From Gomphosphaeria aponina SAG 52.96 = DSM 107014 (GTDB taxonomy: Bacteria; Cyanobacteriota; Cyanobacteriia; Cyanobacteriales; Gomphosphaeriaceae), in the NCBI GenBank assembly GCA_016903655.1, contig JADQBC010000002.1, positions 12,078 through 76,077 of the forward strand: a DNA stretch of 64,000 bases. The letters run 5' to 3'. Shown here piece by piece: positions 11,204-20,267 of this stretch. Numbering within the stretch: the first letter of the stretch is position 1; each line of letters opens with the position of its first letter. The position numbers were made by a program, and so were the translations under genes. A model generated the notes under the pieces. It was not told the origin of the DNA and made no database searches. It was given only the letters and a program-made list of their open reading frames with translations.

Positions 11204-11785
11204 GTGAATCTTATGAACACAAAAGTTAATTTTCTGCAACATTTCTTTAAGCAAAACGCCAATCAAGGCTTTACAACTGCTGGTTTTTTGCTGCGTATTT
11301 TCCTTTATACTGGCGTTGTCAGTACTCTTTTTTTACCTCCTTATAATTCTAAGCAAGGGAATTGTAATAATTACCGAGAAGGAAAAAATATTATTGGTAC
11401 TCTCAATCGCGCCCAGCAAGCTTATCATTTTGAAAAGATGTCTTTTGCTGATAGGGTTGATTTAGCTCAACCGACTAATCCATTAGGTGTAGTTATTGTC
11501 TCAAATTATTATAATGTTAGGATTCTTTCACCAATGATACCTGCTCAAAATTTGAATGAGTCGGAAGAGTTAGCAAAAGATGCAGATAGGGTTTTTATGT
11601 TTGCTCAATTTGATGCTCCAGGAGAAAAGGAGTTACCAAATTTTATTGGAGGAATGTTTTATTCTGAAGGACAGTACTCAAGCATTATCTGTCAAAGCGA
11701 TTTACCTGCTACCCTCCCTACAAGTATGCCGACTCTTACTCTCGAAGAAGCTAAATGTCCAGAAGGTTGGACAATTTTAAATTGA
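11204..11785 (+). CDS. type IV pilin-like (GspH/FimT-type) protein with degenerate prepilin signal
   Basis: QGFTTAGFLLRIFLYTGVV then IGTLNRAQQAYHFEKMSFA resembles cyanobacterial pilin-like G/H family proteins. The listed start is GTG; an ATG follows at 11213. Confidence 0.55.
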   Translation: MNLMNTKVNFLQHFFKQNANQGFTTAGFLLRIFLYTGVVSTLFLPPYNSKQGNCNNYREGKNIIGTLNRAQQAYHFEKMSFADRVDLAQPTNPLGVVIVSNYYNVRILSPMIPAQNLNESEELAKDADRVFMFAQFDAPGEKELPNFIGGMFYSEGQYSSIICQSDLPATLPTSMPTLTLEEAKCPEGWTILN

Positions 11786-13042
11786 TACATTGAGCATTTT
11801 TTCTACCACTTTTTCTCCATCTAGATAGAATTGAAAGCTCCAATTTCCTGGTTGATCTACTTCTGGCTTAAAGTTATAGTTACACCAAGCTTTTAATTGA
11901 TTGTCTGTTGTTTCTAAAGTTGCTTGTCCCATTGCTACTAAAACTCCTTCTCCATCAAATAATTGACAAACACTGTAATATTGATTGTGGGGTAAGTCAG
12001 ATAAGTTAATAGTAAAATAAACTTCTGGTTGCTTAAGGGAAATGTCGGTTAAATTCTTGGTAGAATTTGGTTCAGCGGTAATTGTTACTTCTCCTGGGTA
12101 ACGTTGAGAAAAAGGGATAACTTCTATTGGAGAGGGTTTGATAAATTTCAAATATCCAACTGGAAGCAAAATGGCTAAACTTGCCAGTAAAATACCTATT
12201 TTAGTTCTCATTCCTTGGGAATTTTTAACCACAGGGCGCAGTATTTCTAGGGGAATAAGTGCATCTAAAGCTTCTGCTGCATTAGCATAACGCTCTTGAA
12301 AATTAGGCTCTACCATTTTCTGCAACCAGTTAGTAAAACCGTCAGTTAATTGGGGAATTTTTTCCTGAAAATTAATCCTCCCAGTTGCATCCATTAAGTT
12401 ACCTACTTCGGTAGAATTGGTATTAGTTAACAGACAAATTAAGGTAGCACCAAGACTATAAAGATCGGATGCAGCAGTTAATTTACGGTTGAACATTTGT
12501 TCAGGGGGCATAAAGCCTAATGTACCTTTTACTACACTGCTCACTGCTACTTCTCCACTGCCAATGCGCGCAAATCCAAAGTCAACTAAATACACATTCA
12601 TTTGGTTATCTACCAGGATATTTTCTGGTTTTAAATCTCTGTGAATCACTGGGGGAATGCGGTTTTGTAAATAGTTGAGAATTTCTAACACATAGATGGC
12701 AATTTGTTTGATTTGCTGCGGTGTCCATTTGGTAGAATTTGCTAAGGAAGGGGCGTTTTTATATTCCTGCACCATACAGAAACCCGCAGCAGTTTGGAAT
12801 GAGTCTAAATAACGGGGAATACTAGGGTGATCTAGTCCCCGCAATACTTCGATTTCCCGCTCATAAGCTTCATATTCCGCCCAACTTGTACCTGTGCGGG
12901 CAAATTGAAATTGTTTCACCACTACTATATTTTGGGTGTTGATTTCTATTGCTTGGTAAGTGACGCGACCACCAGCACGATTATGTCCCAATTCCTGGGT
13001 TATTTGATAGCCATAATTAGAAAAGTCTGGATAGTTGTTCAT
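11777..13042 (-). CDS. Hanks-type Ser/Thr protein kinase with one TM helix and a C-terminal beta-sandwich-like domain (paralogue K2)
   Basis: The N-terminus MNNYPDFSNYGYQI... is shared with K1 and K3. HRDLKPEN and DFGFAR are present. TM helix IGILLASLAILLPVGYL. Confidence 0.9.
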   Translation of the reverse strand: MNNYPDFSNYGYQITQELGHNRAGGRVTYQAIEINTQNIVVVKQFQFARTGTSWAEYEAYEREIEVLRGLDHPSIPRYLDSFQTAAGFCMVQEYKNAPSLANSTKWTPQQIKQIAIYVLEILNYLQNRIPPVIHRDLKPENILVDNQMNVYLVDFGFARIGSGEVAVSSVVKGTLGFMPPEQMFNRKLTAASDLYSLGATLICLLTNTNSTEVGNLMDATGRINFQEKIPQLTDGFTNWLQKMVEPNFQERYANAAEALDALIPLEILRPVVKNSQGMRTKIGILLASLAILLPVGYLKFIKPSPIEVIPFSQRYPGEVTITAEPNSTKNLTDISLKQPEVYFTINLSDLPHNQYYSVCQLFDGEGVLVAMGQATLETTDNQLKAWCNYNFKPEVDQPGNWSFQFYLDGEKVVEKMLNVSI

Positions 13043-13097
13043 AAAGAAAAGGCAATGATTGTATATTTCTATTTTGGCTCATAAATTTGTATATATA

Positions 13098-13132
13098 GCA
13101 GAAGGCAGAAGGCAGAGGGCAGAAGGCAGAAG
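13098..13132. repeat. STRR heptamer array (gcagaag x5)
   Basis: gcagaag gcagaag gcagagg gcagaag gcagaag, read directly. Confidence 0.9.
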
Positions 13133-13292
13133 GAAAACCCTTACTATTATTAAGTTTTAGATTTTGATAATGTCCTAACTATTCCCCTCTTTGCTATAGC
13201 AGAAAAAGGGATAGTATTGACTCAGGACTTGCGGGTTTAAACCGTCTCCCAGAAGTAAACTTGAGTATTGTCCTAATCAACTCTTATGGAAG

Positions 13293-13937
13293 CTATAAAC
13301 CATTAATTTTCCCATGGGAGTTAGTTAATTTTTTCACTTTATTTTTAGACTGATTTATCCTAGATTCTACTTGAAACTCTGGTATTTCTTCTAGTTGTAG
13401 ATCGTCTAAACAATACTGTTCACAAACTAGACTTAAGCGACTATTTCCACGAGTAACAGGGTTAACAGAATGGGTCAAATCTCCTTGAAAAAATAGCAGG
13501 GTATTAACCTGGGGAGAAATTTTTCCGACTTGGCGTTTTGGCGATCGCAAAATCAGTTCTCCACCCACTAAATCAAGGGGAACTTCTACATACAGAACAC
13601 TTACCATTAAGGGAGGGGCAATGGTTTTACAGTAGGAACGGAGGGAGCGGTCTATATGGGGATCAACCTGAGATCCAGTTTGCAGTAATAAAGGATTGAG
13701 ATAAAAGGCATTACATTCTGGCAACATTGCCCGATTCAAGTAGGGCTTAAAATAGGGAAAATCCTGTTCAACTAAAGATAAATGCGATCGCCGAAAAACG
13801 AGAGAAAATCCTTTAGTATTCACAAAATCCCGATTGAGATTATTGACTGTAAAATACTTACAGTTTAAGATGTGTCCTTTTAATTTACTAAGATAAGTGG
13901 GAGAAAAAGATTGGGGATATTGCTGAAAGTAACTCAA
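13293..13937 (-). CDS. 2OG-Fe(II) oxygenase superfamily protein
   Basis: HxD (DPHIDRS), distal His (GDLTHSVNPV) and Arg (RLSLVCE) occur with the expected order and spacing. Confidence 0.65.
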   Translation of the reverse strand: MSYFQQYPQSFSPTYLSKLKGHILNCKYFTVNNLNRDFVNTKGFSLVFRRSHLSLVEQDFPYFKPYLNRAMLPECNAFYLNPLLLQTGSQVDPHIDRSLRSYCKTIAPPLMVSVLYVEVPLDLVGGELILRSPKRQVGKISPQVNTLLFFQGDLTHSVNPVTRGNSRLSLVCEQYCLDDLQLEEIPEFQVESRINQSKNKVKKLTNSHGKINGL

Positions 13938-14107
13938 TATTTCAACTCCTGAAAAATTTGCTAACTCTACTTAATTAATATTTTATTGGCAGATTTGGCT
14001 AAATTCTCTCACAGTTTTTGATTTTTCCCAGGGCGACTAGGGTATAAACCAATATATTTCAGCCAAAATTTAGCAGATGAATTATCTCGCTCATTAGGTT
14101 CATGACT

Positions 14108-14151
14108 GTAAAAATCAAAGTAATACTATTTGTTACTAATTAGTATTACTT
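14108..14151 (-). terminator. probable intrinsic terminator after kinase K3
   Basis: An 11-bp inverted repeat aagtaatacta/tagtattactt has a 12-nt loop and is followed on the minus strand by gatttt. It begins 11 nt after the K3 stop. Confidence 0.5.
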
Positions 14152-14161
14152 GCCAAGAAAA

Positions 14162-16183
14162 TTAAGGTTTAATTAATTGTTCTTTATTCTGCTGATATGC
14201 AGCCAGTATTTTTTTGATTTGACGCGGTTGTTGAATAACTTTTTGGTACAATAAGTGGGAGATAAAATAGAGAGCTGCCAGAGGTAGGCATCCAATTACA
14301 AAAACATTCAAGGCTCTAAAACCAAGTGGAAAATCAAAGCGAGGAATTATTGCTAGCCAACCTCCTAAACCAATACCAAATCCTGCTGTGAGGATAACTA
14401 AAATAGCAGCATCTTGTTGATTAAATCCTTTTGCCATTTGATCCATAACTCCAAACCTGATTACAAACCATAAAACTGCCCAAATAACTAAGATAACCAC
14501 AATTAATCCGATAAATTTTTGATTAATTCCTACCAGTTGTGCAATAGTTTTGATGACAGCCAAGGTAAGAATCACACCAAATTGCAAGAAATTTTTAAAT
14601 TTCAGATTAATCAGAGCTGGATAATCTGTAAATATTTTCACACTGAAAGCACCAAGAAAAGCTCCAGTTATTACTAGGAGCAGAACAATAGCAAAACCCA
14701 GGGGAAAACCCAGAAAGAATTTACTCCCGAAAAAACTGCCAGCGATCGCCCCCAGTACTGTTCCCACAATGGAAGCAACAATTATCAGCCAACGAAGCTG
14801 ATCCAGCTCAAATTTACTCAAAATTACATCAAATGCTGCTAACCCTGTAAAAACAATAAATCCGATTAATAAAGACTGGGGAAACCCAAGATTTAACAAC
14901 AAACCTGCTCCCAAAAATAGCAGAAAGATTACGCCCAAAGAAAACTTATTAGGGATTTGATTTACTTGCAAACTAGCGGTTATAACTTGAAGATTGATAG
15001 CAGAATTTTCAGAAGCATTGCTTTGTAAAATAATTTGGCGTTGATATATTTGCTCTGGCAAAAGTTTACTGGTATCAATGGTTATTTCACACTCAGCATA
15101 ATTGGCTGCAAACTTTTGGGGCTCAAAACTAATCCAACTGTGGTCATAAGGAGTATGAGGTGGGTCAGAAGGATGAGGCGCAACTTCCCACCTGCCTGAT
15201 AAAATTGTATTGGGAATCGGATTACTCACCTGAATAGTTGCTGTTAGTTTTTCTCCCCATTGTGAAGCTGTTAACTCCAGCCAATTTTGGCTCAATCTCA
15301 CTTTCGGTAATTGATGAACATCAAGAGGTTTTAATGCCGCTAAAGCTTCTGCTGCTGATGGATAACGGTCATTAAAATTAGGTTCAACCATCTTTTCCAA
15401 CCAGTTTAACCATCCTCTTTCTTGAGGTGGAATAAGATGGCGGAAATGAAACCGATAATTAGAGTCAACTAAGCTACCAATATCCGTAGATTTTGTCCCA
15501 GTTAATAAACAAATTAGAGTTGCTCCTAACCCATATAAATCAGATGCTAAAGTTAATTGGCGATTAAATAATTGTTCTGGAGGCATAAACCCCATACTGC
15601 CTTTTACCACGCTGGAAGCGGCTATTTTTCCCCCGCCACTACGGGCAAAACCAAAGTCAACTAAATAGACATGATGCTCTTCATCAATTAAAATATTTTC
15701 TGGTTTAAGATCCCGATGAATAATTGCAGGTGTTTTTCTATTTTGCTGCACCAAATAAGCACTCATCTCTTCAGCTTCTTGTTGCTCAATTCCTGGCCTT
15801 TCGCTTTGCAAATAAACTAAAATCTCTAATACAGAGATGGCAATGTGTTTAACCTCAAGCAGTTTCCAATTGCGCGGTGTGGCCAGGGATTGAGACTGTT
15901 TGTATTCCTGCACCATACAGAAACCTGCTTCTGTTTGGAAAGAGTCGAGATAACGGGGAATACCAGGATGGTTGAGTTGTTGAAGGAGTTTGATTTCTTG
16001 TTCGTGTGCTTGATATTCACCCCAGTTAGAGTCGAGTTGGGCAAATTGAAACTGTTTGATTACTACTTTTTGCCCTGTATTTAAGTTGGTTGCAAGGTAG
16101 GTTACTCTGCCACCTGTGAAATTATGACCCAGTTCCCTGGTTATTTCATAGCCTTGTGGAGAAAAATCTGGGAAATTATTCAT
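14162..16183 (-). CDS. Hanks-type Ser/Thr protein kinase with Ig-like middle domain and polytopic membrane C-terminus (paralogue K3)
   Basis: Same architecture as K1, with long DNA stretches roughly 90 percent identical by eye. It carries an extra ~22-aa acidic insert before HRDLKPEN. Confidence 0.9.
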   Translation of the reverse strand: MNNFPDFSPQGYEITRELGHNFTGGRVTYLATNLNTGQKVVIKQFQFAQLDSNWGEYQAHEQEIKLLQQLNHPGIPRYLDSFQTEAGFCMVQEYKQSQSLATPRNWKLLEVKHIAISVLEILVYLQSERPGIEQQEAEEMSAYLVQQNRKTPAIIHRDLKPENILIDEEHHVYLVDFGFARSGGGKIAASSVVKGSMGFMPPEQLFNRQLTLASDLYGLGATLICLLTGTKSTDIGSLVDSNYRFHFRHLIPPQERGWLNWLEKMVEPNFNDRYPSAAEALAALKPLDVHQLPKVRLSQNWLELTASQWGEKLTATIQVSNPIPNTILSGRWEVAPHPSDPPHTPYDHSWISFEPQKFAANYAECEITIDTSKLLPEQIYQRQIILQSNASENSAINLQVITASLQVNQIPNKFSLGVIFLLFLGAGLLLNLGFPQSLLIGFIVFTGLAAFDVILSKFELDQLRWLIIVASIVGTVLGAIAGSFFGSKFFLGFPLGFAIVLLLVITGAFLGAFSVKIFTDYPALINLKFKNFLQFGVILTLAVIKTIAQLVGINQKFIGLIVVILVIWAVLWFVIRFGVMDQMAKGFNQQDAAILVILTAGFGIGLGGWLAIIPRFDFPLGFRALNVFVIGCLPLAALYFISHLLYQKVIQQPRQIKKILAAYQQNKEQLIKP

Positions 16184-16300
16184 AGCTTACCCCTTGGTTC
16201 ATCTATTACTATTTTGCCACCTCTCCCCTATGTCTTATTTTTTAAACAAAAATAGTAGGCAGAGCCTCAGCCCATACCTACTTTTTTTTTCACCTGTCCC

Positions 16301-16349
16301 TAGTCAATAGTCAGTATAACTAATGACTAATAACTAATAATCAATAACC
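16301..16349. repeat. degenerate STRR heptamer array
   Basis: tagtcaa tagtcag tataact aatgact aataact aataatc aataacc, abutting the stop of the RTX gene. Confidence 0.7.
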
Positions 16350-17678
16350 TTAAATCACAACAATATCAGTACTGCTGAGGAGAGGTTGATCAACAAAACT
16401 TGCTACAAATACTTGTTGTGCTGAACCACTGCCATCTTCATCAAAGAACAAGCTACCTCTTACATCATCATAAATAAAGCGTTGAGCTGCGTCAGTTGCT
16501 GCACTGCCAATCACAAACTGCTCTGGAGCTAGATCTCCTACAACTAAATCAGTACCAAAACCAATTGCACCAAATTCGATGGTTTCTAAACCTGGTACAA
16601 AGTCTATAATTGTGTCACCAGCTTCAGAGATATCATTGTACCTAAAGATATCTGGGCTATTACCACCAGTGAGAATATCTCTGCCAATACCACCGACTAA
16701 GATATCTTTACCAGAACCACCTGTGAGAATATCATCTCCTTCTCCACCATCGAGAAGATCATCCCCATTCCCACCATCGAGGAAATCATTCCCGCCTCCA
16801 GCCAAGAGGTCATCATTCCCTTCGCCACCAAAGAGGTTATCATTGCCAAATCCACCATCGAGGGAATCATTCCCTCCTCTTCCAATTAGTTGATCATCAT
16901 TCCCACCACCATCGAGTAAGTCATTTCCTTCCTGGCCAATGAGAACATCATCCCCAGCATCACCTATCATGTTGTAATTAGTGGGAGTTTCATCCGTATC
17001 ATCTTCATCAGTTTCCTCTTCGGGAGGAACAGGAGTAATCAGGTTCTCATCATCCCCAACAATAACATCATCTTCTGCTGTACCTTGGATTTCAACAAAC
17101 TCGAAGATGGGCATAACTACCACATTATCCAGGGCTGGGCCACGCAAAGCATCAGTATTAATACCTTCTGCTTCATTCACTTCTGTTAAAAACTGAATAG
17201 TGGTTTCTTCACCTGTGGCTGTAAATTCCCATACTTTTTGCTCCCAGCCCATGTCTTCAAAACTCTTGCCTGTGGTGTCAAAGGTGAAAACTTCAGATTC
17301 GCCCTGGGCTTGTACTTTGATTTGCTTGACTTTTTCTCCATCGGGAGATTGGGGGTTTCCCGCCATATCGAAGGTCACACTATATTTTTGCCCGATGGTG
17401 GTTGCAATTGTTTGTTCTACGCCTCCAAATCCTGGTGAACCGTTTAAATCTACACTCTGAAGTCCCTCAGAACCACCCCAAAATGGAGATTCTCCTTCAA
17501 CAAAACGAATTAAATCTATGTCATAGATTGTGTTTGCTTCTACAGTCGGGGTGTTTGGCGCTTTGATGATTGTCCAGTTTTCGATCGCATTTTCTCCTGC
17601 TTGGAGTGGTGCCCACCCATCAGTTCCTACATCAATACTAACTTCAAAGCTACCGTTTTGTACTAAGTTTTCAGCCAT
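16350..17678 (-). CDS. secreted calcium-binding protein: N-terminal DUF642-like beta-sandwich plus C-terminal RTX (GGxGxD) nonapeptide repeats
   Basis: NLVQNGSFE...GWAP...WTI...SVDLNG...GQKYSVTFDMAGNP resembles DUF642. About 10 GGxGxD/GGxGND repeats span residues 240-340. No N-terminal signal peptide, which fits type I secretion. Confidence 0.8.
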   Translation of the reverse strand: MAENLVQNGSFEVSIDVGTDGWAPLQAGENAIENWTIIKAPNTPTVEANTIYDIDLIRFVEGESPFWGGSEGLQSVDLNGSPGFGGVEQTIATTIGQKYSVTFDMAGNPQSPDGEKVKQIKVQAQGESEVFTFDTTGKSFEDMGWEQKVWEFTATGEETTIQFLTEVNEAEGINTDALRGPALDNVVVMPIFEFVEIQGTAEDDVIVGDDENLITPVPPEEETDEDDTDETPTNYNMIGDAGDDVLIGQEGNDLLDGGGNDDQLIGRGGNDSLDGGFGNDNLFGGEGNDDLLAGGGNDFLDGGNGDDLLDGGEGDDILTGGSGKDILVGGIGRDILTGGNSPDIFRYNDISEAGDTIIDFVPGLETIEFGAIGFGTDLVVGDLAPEQFVIGSAATDAAQRFIYDDVRGSLFFDEDGSGSAQQVFVASFVDQPLLSSTDIVVI

Positions 17679-17893
17679 ATCAATTTTTCTTTTTTTTGTT
17701 TGTAAATTTTAGCTTAAAGCCTTGCTTGGAGACTTTTTGACCAATTTGCCTACCTACTACCCAGCTTTTGGTTCAAGTAAAAAGGCTTATTTTGAGTAAT
17801 CACTAGACCAGAAAGGAATGGAAATTACTCAACCAAGAATGTTAATCACTTTACTTGAAAATGTCAAGTCTTTTTTCCGCCAAAAATAATTTC

Positions 17894-20206
17894 TTAACCA
17901 ACACAATCAGGAAACTGCTGCTGTAAAACTGGCAACACGGGACAGGGTTTTTTATCCTGTAAATTCCCAGTGCCATCGCCGCGAAAAATATGCCAACGAA
18001 ATGGCCCTTTTTCACAAGCGGACATCCACAATAAACGTTTTGCTCTGGTCATGGCCACATACAATAAACGAAATTCTTCGGCATCTTGCAACATATTTGC
18101 TGCTTCTGCCGCAGAAGCTGGGTCAGGTATTTTGAGAGCATCTCCCTTATATTTACCATGAACGGCGGCTCTAATTTGAGCGCGGGCTACTTCTGCGAGG
18201 GTAAAATCTCCTAAAAATTTGGCTGCAGTTGGCACCCAAGGTTTACCAGGAAGAGTATCTTCATGTAAAAAGGGAATAAAGACATAATCCCAGTCCAACC
18301 CCTTAGCCTTGTGCATCGTAATAATTGTCACTTGACCCGTTTGGGTGTACTGGTCATCATTTTCTGCTTCTACCCCTTCAAATTTTTCTGAGTTGACAAT
18401 TTCCCTTAAAGCGGCGATCGTACTTTTAATGGAACTTTGTCCCACAATTTGTTGATTTACTCTTTCTGCTAATTTCTCCATGGTAGCCAGTTCCGATCCA
18501 GTATATTTTAAGGTCATGCCCAAAAAAGCAATCAGTTGATAGTGAGGTAATTCTAATCTGGCACGCAATAAGTTACAACAATATCGTCTAGCCTGCTCTA
18601 CATGGGGTTTTTGGGGCTTTTCTAATGGCCCTCCATAGAGAAACTGTTCTGGAAAAGTAGCTAAAGCGTTCAGATCTTGGGTCGCAATTAACTGTCGCTG
18701 TTGGAGAACTGTTAATGCTCCTTTTAAGTAATCTGGGGAATGGGGGCGATGGAGGAATTGTAACAATTCTAAAACTTCGGCGGGAATGTGGGAATGACGG
18801 TCAACTTCGCTCACTTCATAAATTTTGATATTTTCATGTTTACGCCCAATATCTGCCAATTCTTCTGCTAAAAAGCGCCCTTGGCGATTTTCCCGCACTA
18901 AAATGGCTGCATTTCTCTCGGGATGTTCGGTTAGTAATGCAATAATTCGCTGACCAATTAACTCAACTGTGTGGTAAATGTCTCTGGGGGTATAAATTTC
19001 TAAACCTTTCCCCACTGGTGCTGGATTTGCTTCTGGTTGAGGATCATTGTGGTCAACGGGACGAATTTCTTGCAGACGGAATGGTGAATTATTTTCTAGA
19101 TCTGAGGGTAGGTTATTCTTCCTCCTCCAGTTCTTATTCACCCAACTCAGGACAAAATTAGCAGCGTCAATAATTATCTGACTACTGCGACCCGCTTGCT
19201 CCATCATGGCTAAACGTCCTTGTTTTTGACAAGTATTACAAAACCAATTAAAATAAATGGGGTCGGCGGGGGTAAAGGTAGAATTAATAGCTTGGTTGGG
19301 GTCCCCAACTCTGATTAAATTGGGGGGAGCATCCCCTAAACCTGCTAGGAGAGAAATGAGTTTTTCTTGTAAGGGACTCGAATCCTGCGCTTCATCTTCA
19401 AACACGGCAAATACTTGGTTTTGCCAAAGATTACGAATACTTTGGTTTTCTAATACCCGCAAAGCTGCCAAAATCATATCATCATAATCGATAAAGTTTT
19501 GCACGCGCATTAACTGTTCATATTGTTGATATAACCCCGAGGCTATGGCTAAAATTTCATATTCATCAGTAGTTTCTTGACTCAATTCCCATACATCTTC
19601 TGGGAGAAGACCTGAACTTTTAGCTTCTCGAATTACAGTATATGTTAAAGCTGGCAAGACTTCTGTGCGCAAAACTGATTGACGGCGTAACCTTTCCGTT
19701 TCTTCTCCATCAAATTGTACTCCTGCTAATAATTTTTCATATCTGAGGGGGGTAGCAACAATCCACTTTTCTACGGAATTTCTAATTATTCGATGGCTAG
19801 GACTGGGTATAATTATTGTGGCTGTGTCTAGATCTAAGCGGGATAATTCTCGATGGCGACTAGCAATATTTAAAGCTAAACCGTGCAGGGTTTGTACCAT
19901 AAATCCCCCTTGGGGAAGATGGAGATTTTTGAGCTGTTCCCGAATTTTTGCTTTAATACTAGCAGCAGCAGAACGGGTATAAGTGACAATTACCAGTTGT
20001 TTTCTGGGATGGAGTTGATAACGGGCGATCGCACTGGCTGCGGCTACAGCCAGGCTATGAGATTTTCCCGCCCCTGGTACAGCGGCAATTGCCATTTGTC
20101 CCCCTTCCCAATGTGCTAAACTTTGTTGTCCTGGTCGCAATTTTGAGACGAGTTCTTGCAATTTTTCGGCTAAATATTTTTCACTTTCTGTGGCATTAAT
20201 GGACAT
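17894..20206 (-). CDS. UvrD/Rep-family (superfamily 1) ATP-dependent DNA helicase
   Basis: Walker A is AAVPGAGKSHSL, motif II is FEDEAQD, and the C-terminus reads LLYVAMTRAKRLLW. Confidence 0.85.
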   Translation of the reverse strand: MSINATESEKYLAEKLQELVSKLRPGQQSLAHWEGGQMAIAAVPGAGKSHSLAVAAASAIARYQLHPRKQLVIVTYTRSAAASIKAKIREQLKNLHLPQGGFMVQTLHGLALNIASRHRELSRLDLDTATIIIPSPSHRIIRNSVEKWIVATPLRYEKLLAGVQFDGEETERLRRQSVLRTEVLPALTYTVIREAKSSGLLPEDVWELSQETTDEYEILAIASGLYQQYEQLMRVQNFIDYDDMILAALRVLENQSIRNLWQNQVFAVFEDEAQDSSPLQEKLISLLAGLGDAPPNLIRVGDPNQAINSTFTPADPIYFNWFCNTCQKQGRLAMMEQAGRSSQIIIDAANFVLSWVNKNWRRKNNLPSDLENNSPFRLQEIRPVDHNDPQPEANPAPVGKGLEIYTPRDIYHTVELIGQRIIALLTEHPERNAAILVRENRQGRFLAEELADIGRKHENIKIYEVSEVDRHSHIPAEVLELLQFLHRPHSPDYLKGALTVLQQRQLIATQDLNALATFPEQFLYGGPLEKPQKPHVEQARRYCCNLLRARLELPHYQLIAFLGMTLKYTGSELATMEKLAERVNQQIVGQSSIKSTIAALREIVNSEKFEGVEAENDDQYTQTGQVTIITMHKAKGLDWDYVFIPFLHEDTLPGKPWVPTAAKFLGDFTLAEVARAQIRAAVHGKYKGDALKIPDPASAAEAANMLQDAEEFRLLYVAMTRAKRLLWMSACEKGPFRWHIFRGDGTGNLQDKKPCPVLPVLQQQFPDCVG

Positions 20207-20210
20207 TTTT

Positions 20211-20259
20211 TCAGTTATCAGTGATCAGTGACCAGCAACAATCAACAATTAACAATCAA
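20211..20259. repeat. degenerate STRR heptamer array in a divergent intergenic region
   Basis: cagttat cagtgat cagtgac cagcaac aatcaac aattaac aatcaac. Confidence 0.75.
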
Positions 20260-20267
20260 CAAAGGTA

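Noticed and set aside
9102-16183. Possibility that the kinase paralogues are targets of a diversity-generating retroelement, as described for some cyanobacterial kinase-CLec proteins
   Set aside because: There is no reverse transcriptase ORF, no template/variable repeat pair with adenine-specific mismatches, and no C-type-lectin/FGE-like C-terminal domain visible in the window.
16579-16893. Pro/Ser-rich 104-aa plus-strand ORF (and 16697-16885 on the minus strand)
   Set aside because: These are shadow frames of the GGxGxD repeat region of the RTX gene.
17894-20206. UvrD-like helicase as part of a Gabija-type or other helicase-nuclease defence system
   Set aside because: No adjacent OLD-family ATPase/nuclease or other partner gene is present. 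Its neighbours are an RTX exoprotein and a divergently transcribed glycosyltransferase, so it is more likely a conserved housekeeping SF1 helicase.
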